Source of the DNA: Naegleria gruberi
Taxonomy: Eukaryota
Assembly (NCBI GenBank): GCA_000004985.1
Contig: GG739609.1
Strand: one strand, 5' to 3'
DNA: 1,026 nt
Shown here: piece after piece, positions 1 through 1,026 of the stretch
Layout: the number at the start of each line of letters is the position of its first letter
Position numbering within the stretch: the first letter of the stretch is position 1
Translations under genes and position numbers: made by a program
The notes under the pieces: model-generated
The model's input: only the letters and a program-made list of their open reading frames with translations
Database searches by the model: none
Told to the model about the DNA's origin: nothing

Positions 1-208
1 AGAGGTGATGTTACTTGTTTAGAAATTGATGCTGTTGTTAATGCTGCTAATGAATCACTTTTAGGAGGTGGTGGTATTGATGGTGCTATTCATAGAGCTG
101 CTGGTGGAAAATTAAGAAAATACAATGCACATTTGCATGGTTGTGATACTGGTTGTACTAAAATTTCACCAGGTTTTTGTTTACCTGCTAAATTTATTTT
201 AAATACTG
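1..208 (+). CDS. MacroD-type macro domain protein (ADP-ribose / O-acetyl-ADP-ribose hydrolase family). Internal exon, 5'-partial (the gene starts upstream of the window); it ends at a GT donor after the first base of the Val codon.
   Basis: Frame 1 translates without stops to [69 protein letters not shown]. This carries the macro-domain motifs NAAN, GGGG(I/V)DG, AIHRAAG and LPAK(Y/F)(V/I)I. Reading on past 208 gives MFFFNI followed by TAA at 229-231. The homology resumes in the correct phase exactly after the AG at 288-289. Confidence 0.85.
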
Positions 209-289
209 GTATGTTTTTTTTTAATATTTAATTTATTTATTAATATTTATTTAATATTTAATTATTATAATATAATAATATTTAAATAG
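209..289 (+). other. Spliceosomal intron, 81 nt, GT-AG, phase 1 (gtatgt...aaatag).
   Basis: The donor GTATGT lies at 209-214 and the acceptor AG at 288-289. The intron is ~96% A+T (only 3 G and no C), against ~70% in the flanking exons. It contains an in-frame stop at 229-231. Splicing reconstitutes act g|tt gga cct gtt = T-V-G-P-V, the conserved (H)TVGP motif of macro domains. The T9 tract (214-222) and the TAATATTTA-type imperfect repeats are typical of dictyostelid introns. Confidence 0.85.
221..263 (+). repeat. Imperfect direct repeats of TAATATTTA(A/T)TT within the intron.
   Basis: The 13-mer ttaatatttaatt occurs at 221-233 and again at 251-263, with the related taatatttat at 241-250. 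This is low-complexity AT repeat structure confined to the intron. Confidence 0.6.
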
Positions 290-579
290 TTGGACCTGTT
301 GGTGAAAATCCACAAAAATTAACAAGTGCCTATACAACATGTCTTGAATTAGTAGAAGAATATCAATTAAGAACAATTGCTTTTTGTGGTATTAGTACAG
401 GTATTTTTGGATATCCATTAGATAAAGCAACTATTATTGCAATGCATACTATTAGACAATGGTTAGAAATTAATCATGATAAAGTTGATAGAATCATTTT
501 TATTACTTTCCTTAAAAAGGAAGTTGATATGTATAATACTGTTGCTCCTTACTTTTTCCCTCTTAAACCTTTACAATAA
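290..579 (+). CDS. MacroD-type macro domain protein, terminal exon, including the TAA stop at 577-579.
   Basis: After splicing the reading continues (V)GPVGENPQKLTSAYTTCLELVEEYQLRTIAFCGISTGIFGYPLDKATIIAMHTIRQWLEINHDKVDRIIFITFLKKEVDMYNTVAPYFFPLKPLQ*. The (S/T)IAF-x-x-ISTG(I/V)(Y/F)GYP substrate-binding loop and the KVDR(L/I)I...YFP C-terminal tail match the MacroD1/MacroD2 family. The end point matches where I recall human MacroD1 ending (…DKVDRLIICVFLEKDEDIYRSRLPHYFPVA). A/T-ending codon usage is consistent throughout. Confidence 0.85.
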
Positions 580-580
580 A
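575..580 (+). promoter_or_regulatory. Putative polyadenylation signal AATAAA for gene 1, overlapping the stop codon.
   Basis: The hexamer aataaa at 575-580 overlaps the TAA at 577-579. AATAAA is the usual poly(A) signal in dictyostelids and often sits at or just after the stop. Confidence 0.4.
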
Positions 581-629
581 ATTATTAACTTTTAATTTAC
601 TTTATTATCAATATTTTGTAAAAACAAGT

Positions 630-635
630 AATAAA
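630..635 (+). promoter_or_regulatory. Second AATAAA hexamer (alternative poly(A) signal for gene 1, or coincidental in AT-rich DNA).
   Basis: The hexamer aataaa at 630-635 lies immediately upstream of the in-frame ATG at 636-638. If it is used, cleavage would fall roughly 650-665, which is inside the candidate 5' extension of gene 2. Confidence 0.25.
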
Positions 636-695
636 ATGACAAGTCTTTCTAAGCAATTTTCATTCACTTGTCAAAATATGAAAACTAATCATTTT

Positions 696-704
696 AAAAA
701 AAAA
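696..704 (+). promoter_or_regulatory. A9 run forming the translation-initiation context of the ATG at 705-707.
   Basis: The sequence ttttAAAAAAAAA-ATG-tca occurs here. A-rich tracts directly 5' of the initiator are characteristic of dictyostelid genes. This favours ATG 705 over the ATGs at 636 and 678. Confidence 0.4.
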
Positions 705-1026
705 ATGTCAAATCAAAAAGAAGAATTGATGAATGATATTAAAACAATATTAGAATTATTATTTATTGTTTTAATTAAACCTATTATTGAATTTATTAAA
801 AACTATCAATATTATTCATTAAATTTTGATAATTATTATCAATACTTTAATCAATCATCATCATTAGATATTACCATTTCATCATCTTATATTCCTAGTA
901 GTAGTAGTAGTAGTACTGATAATAAATTGAAACATCACCATAATAGAAGTGGTAGTGATTTATCAGTTCATACACCACGTGGATCTAAACGTATTCTAGT
1001 AGGTGAAGAAAATGAAGAAAACATTG
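705..1026 (+). CDS. Hypothetical low-complexity protein (Ser/Asn/Tyr/Ile-rich), 5' exon, 3'-partial, running off the window. In-frame alternative starts lie at 636 and 678.
   Basis: The ORF is 107 codons with no stop in ~80% AT DNA; the chance expectation is about 2e-5. It translates to MSNQKEELMNDIKTILELLFIVLIKPIIEFIKNYQYYSLNFDNYYQYFNQSSSLDITISSSYIPSSSSSSTDNKLKHHHNRSGSDLSVHTPRGSKRILVGEENEENI... Codons mostly end in A or T (tca, aat, caa, gaa, tta, att, ggt, cgt). The reverse strand has stops every ~10-20 codons in all frames. I recognise no conserved domain in this product. Confidence 0.7.
   Translation, partial: MSNQKEELMNDIKTILELLFIVLIKPIIEFIKNYQYYSLNFDNYYQYFNQSSSLDITISSSYIPSSSSSSTDNKLKHHHNRSGSDLSVHTPRGSKRILVGEENEENI
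855..863 (+). repeat. (TCA)3 short trinucleotide repeat encoding Ser3.
   Basis: The units tcatcatca lie at 855-863 in frame (…NQSSSL…). Together with (AGT)6 and cat-cac-cat (HHH, 933-941) this marks a low-complexity coding tract. Confidence 0.7.
897..914 (+). repeat. (AGT)6 trinucleotide microsatellite encoding Ser6 within gene 2.
   Basis: There are six perfect tandem agt units at 897-914, in frame with the ORF (…IPSSSSSST…). Confidence 0.9.

Noticed and set aside
211-231. Short ORF 'MFFFNI*' starting at ATG 211-213 inside the intron.
   Set aside because: It is six codons of poly-T/AT intron sequence ending in TAA. It is simply the read-through of exon 1 into the intron.
214-289. Intron-internal TAATATTTA repeats and the T9 tract as a regulatory element or a CRISPR-like/mobile repeat.
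   Set aside because: This is simple AT low-complexity sequence typical of dictyostelid introns. It has no spacer-repeat periodicity, no terminal inverted repeats, and is confined within the splice sites.
1-579. Macro domain as the antitoxin or defence component of a bacterial/phage ADP-ribosylation system (DarTG-like, anti-Thoeris, etc.).
   Set aside because: The gene is interrupted by a canonical spliceosomal intron that restores the conserved TVGP motif in phase. Codon usage and AT structure are eukaryotic. No partner toxin or ART ORF is present on either strand.
580-704. Reverse-strand or alternative-frame ORFs in the spacer and across gene 2.
   Set aside because: All three reverse frames, and the other two forward frames, hit stops every ~10-20 codons. 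The only long open frame is the + strand frame of gene 2.
500-720. Gene 1 and gene 2 being one GDAP2-like fusion gene (macro domain plus a C-terminal domain) joined by an unannotated intron, e.g. donor GT 531 to acceptor AG 628 (98 nt, frame-compatible).
   Set aside because: The TAA at 577-579 falls exactly where MacroD1-type proteins end after the YFP motif. Region 531-579 has exon-like composition (~31% GC, against 4% in the real intron) and encodes the conserved VAPYFFP tail, which that splice would remove. No canonical donor precedes the stop. I keep it only as a low-probability alternative inside the start-codon finding.
740-870. Very AT-rich stretch inside gene 2 as a possible second intron (e.g. 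GT 768 … AG 867, 100 nt).
   Set aside because: There is no dictyostelid-type donor (GTAAGT/GTATGT); the only GT is 'gtttta'. The candidate length is not a multiple of 3, whereas the frame stays open and continuous across the whole region. The encoded NYQYY…-rich peptide is plausible dictyostelid low-complexity protein.

Overview
The window is eukaryotic. It is extremely AT-rich, uses A/T-ending codons, and has an ultra-AT-rich GT-AG spliceosomal intron, an A-run before ATG and AGT-encoded poly-Ser. Together these most resemble a dictyostelid (Dictyostelium-like) social amoeba genome. It contains two tandem + strand genes. Gene 1 is the 3' portion of a MacroD-type macro-domain protein (O-acetyl-ADP-ribose deacetylase / mono-ADP-ribosyl hydrolase family). 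Its window-initial exon is partial (1-208). An 81-nt phase-1 intron (209-289) follows. The terminal exon (290-579) ends at a TAA, and an AATAAA overlaps that stop codon. The predicted C-terminus, '...KVDRIIFITFLKKEVDMYNTVAPYFFPLKPLQ*', is very close to where stand-alone MacroD1-like proteins end as I recall them. After an intergenic gap of only ~56-125 bp, gene 2 starts at ATG 705, with in-frame alternatives at 636 and 678. It continues open to the window end (107+ codons). It encodes a Ser/Asn/Tyr/Ile-rich low-complexity protein with a hydrophobic N-proximal segment and no domain I can recognise. I see no evidence of a multi-gene 'system', a mobile element, CRISPR or an RNA gene. The most interesting points are the very tight tandem gene junction with its ambiguous start codon, the intron placed inside the conserved TVGP motif, and the uncharacterised downstream ORF.
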